From assembly GCA_043806595.1 (NCBI GenBank), contig JAZDGU010000021.1, positions 1 through 36,392 of the forward strand: a stretch of DNA of 36,392 nucleotides. Reading direction: 5' to 3'. The notes under the pieces were generated by a model. It was not told the DNA's origin, searched no databases, and worked only from the letters and a program-made list of their open reading frames with translations. The stretch's first letter is position 1, and the number at the start of each line of letters is the position of its first letter. The DNA is from Candidatus Micrarchaeota archaeon. Its GTDB lineage: Archaea; Micrarchaeota; Micrarchaeia; Norongarragalinales; SBBD01. Shown here in pieces: positions 35,894-36,392 of this stretch. The translations under genes were made by a program, and so were the position numbers.

Positions 35894-36392
35894 GAAGAGG
35901 AATCGCATTCACACTCGACGCGTCCTTCGCCATAGTCGTCGTTCTCGCGGCGGTGCCGCTGATTATGATAATGTCCGTGCGGCCGGTGCCGTCGCAGCTC
36001 ACGAACGAGCAGCTGCACATGCAGGCCGAGGACGCGATAGACGTGCTCGCCAAGGCGCGCGTCGCCGAGGTGCGAAACGAGCCCGCCGTCGCGGCGCTTT
36101 TCGCCAGCGGCGCGCTCACGGCCGAGGACGAGAACCACACGCTCATGGACGTGCTCGGGGGCTTCTGGGCCACCGGCGGGGCGGGCAACCTCTCCGCCGC
36201 AGGCAACCTCAGCACCGTGCTCGCTCCTTACATGCCCGCGAACATGAACTGGCGCTTCTCCATCACCAACGACACGCTCTACAACACCAGCGACATCGGG
36301 CCAGGCGCGGTCGCAGCCGCGGTGAGCAAGCGCGCCGCCTCCGGCTTCAACAAGGACCAGCCGAGCACTGGATATGTCGCGCGCGCGTTCCT
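35890..36392 (+). CDS. Prepilin-like protein, 3'-truncated (absent from the ORF track)
   Basis: ATGA overlap at 35890. Reads MRRG|IAFTLDASFAIVVVLAAV... and stays open to the window end. Confidence 0.8.
   Translation, partial: MRRGIAFTLDASFAIVVVLAAVPLIMIMSVRPVPSQLTNEQLHMQAEDAIDVLAKARVAEVRNEPAVAALFASGALTAEDENHTLMDVLGGFWATGGAGNLSAAGNLSTVLAPYMPANMNWRFSITNDTLYNTSDIGPGAVAAAVSKRAASGFNKDQPSTGYVARAF

Noticed and set aside
1..36392. tRNA, rRNA, SRP/RNase P RNA, CRISPR arrays, transposases
   Set aside because: Intergenic gaps are short, and I found no cloverleaf with a T-loop, SRP helix-8 motif, regularly spaced repeats or transposase motifs by eye.

Overview
A high-GC, gene-dense archaeal window, most consistent with a DPANN (Micrarchaeota-like) genome. 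This placement is inferred from the archaeal-type aglB, alba, spt5, purP, aIF5B, class III prepilins and recurrent BRE/TATA promoters. In order it holds aglB (5'-truncated) and an aglH-like GPT, argS flanked by two orphan ORFs, an ftsZ-secE-spt5-rpl11-alba cluster split by an oppositely oriented vapBC module, DUF296-dedA-valS, and a secreted protein. Next come a processive GT2/thioredoxin-like/GT-C membrane cluster, oapA/oapB with an inserted membrane gene, aIF5B, pdxST, two purP paralogs and gltX. The window ends with a type IV pilus locus (ATPase, two TadB/C-like genes, wHTH protein, four prepilins, the last 3'-truncated). No rRNA, tRNA, CRISPR array or transposase was recognised. The strongest leads are a possible surface-glycan synthesis system at 15.5-20.1 kb, an Alba with an ~80-aa disordered N-terminal tail in the rpl11 operon, a small membrane protein translationally coupled to ftsZ, and three orphan ORFs resembling detached pieces of PEP/phosphotransfer enzymes. 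All product calls come from motif recognition by eye; no database search was run.
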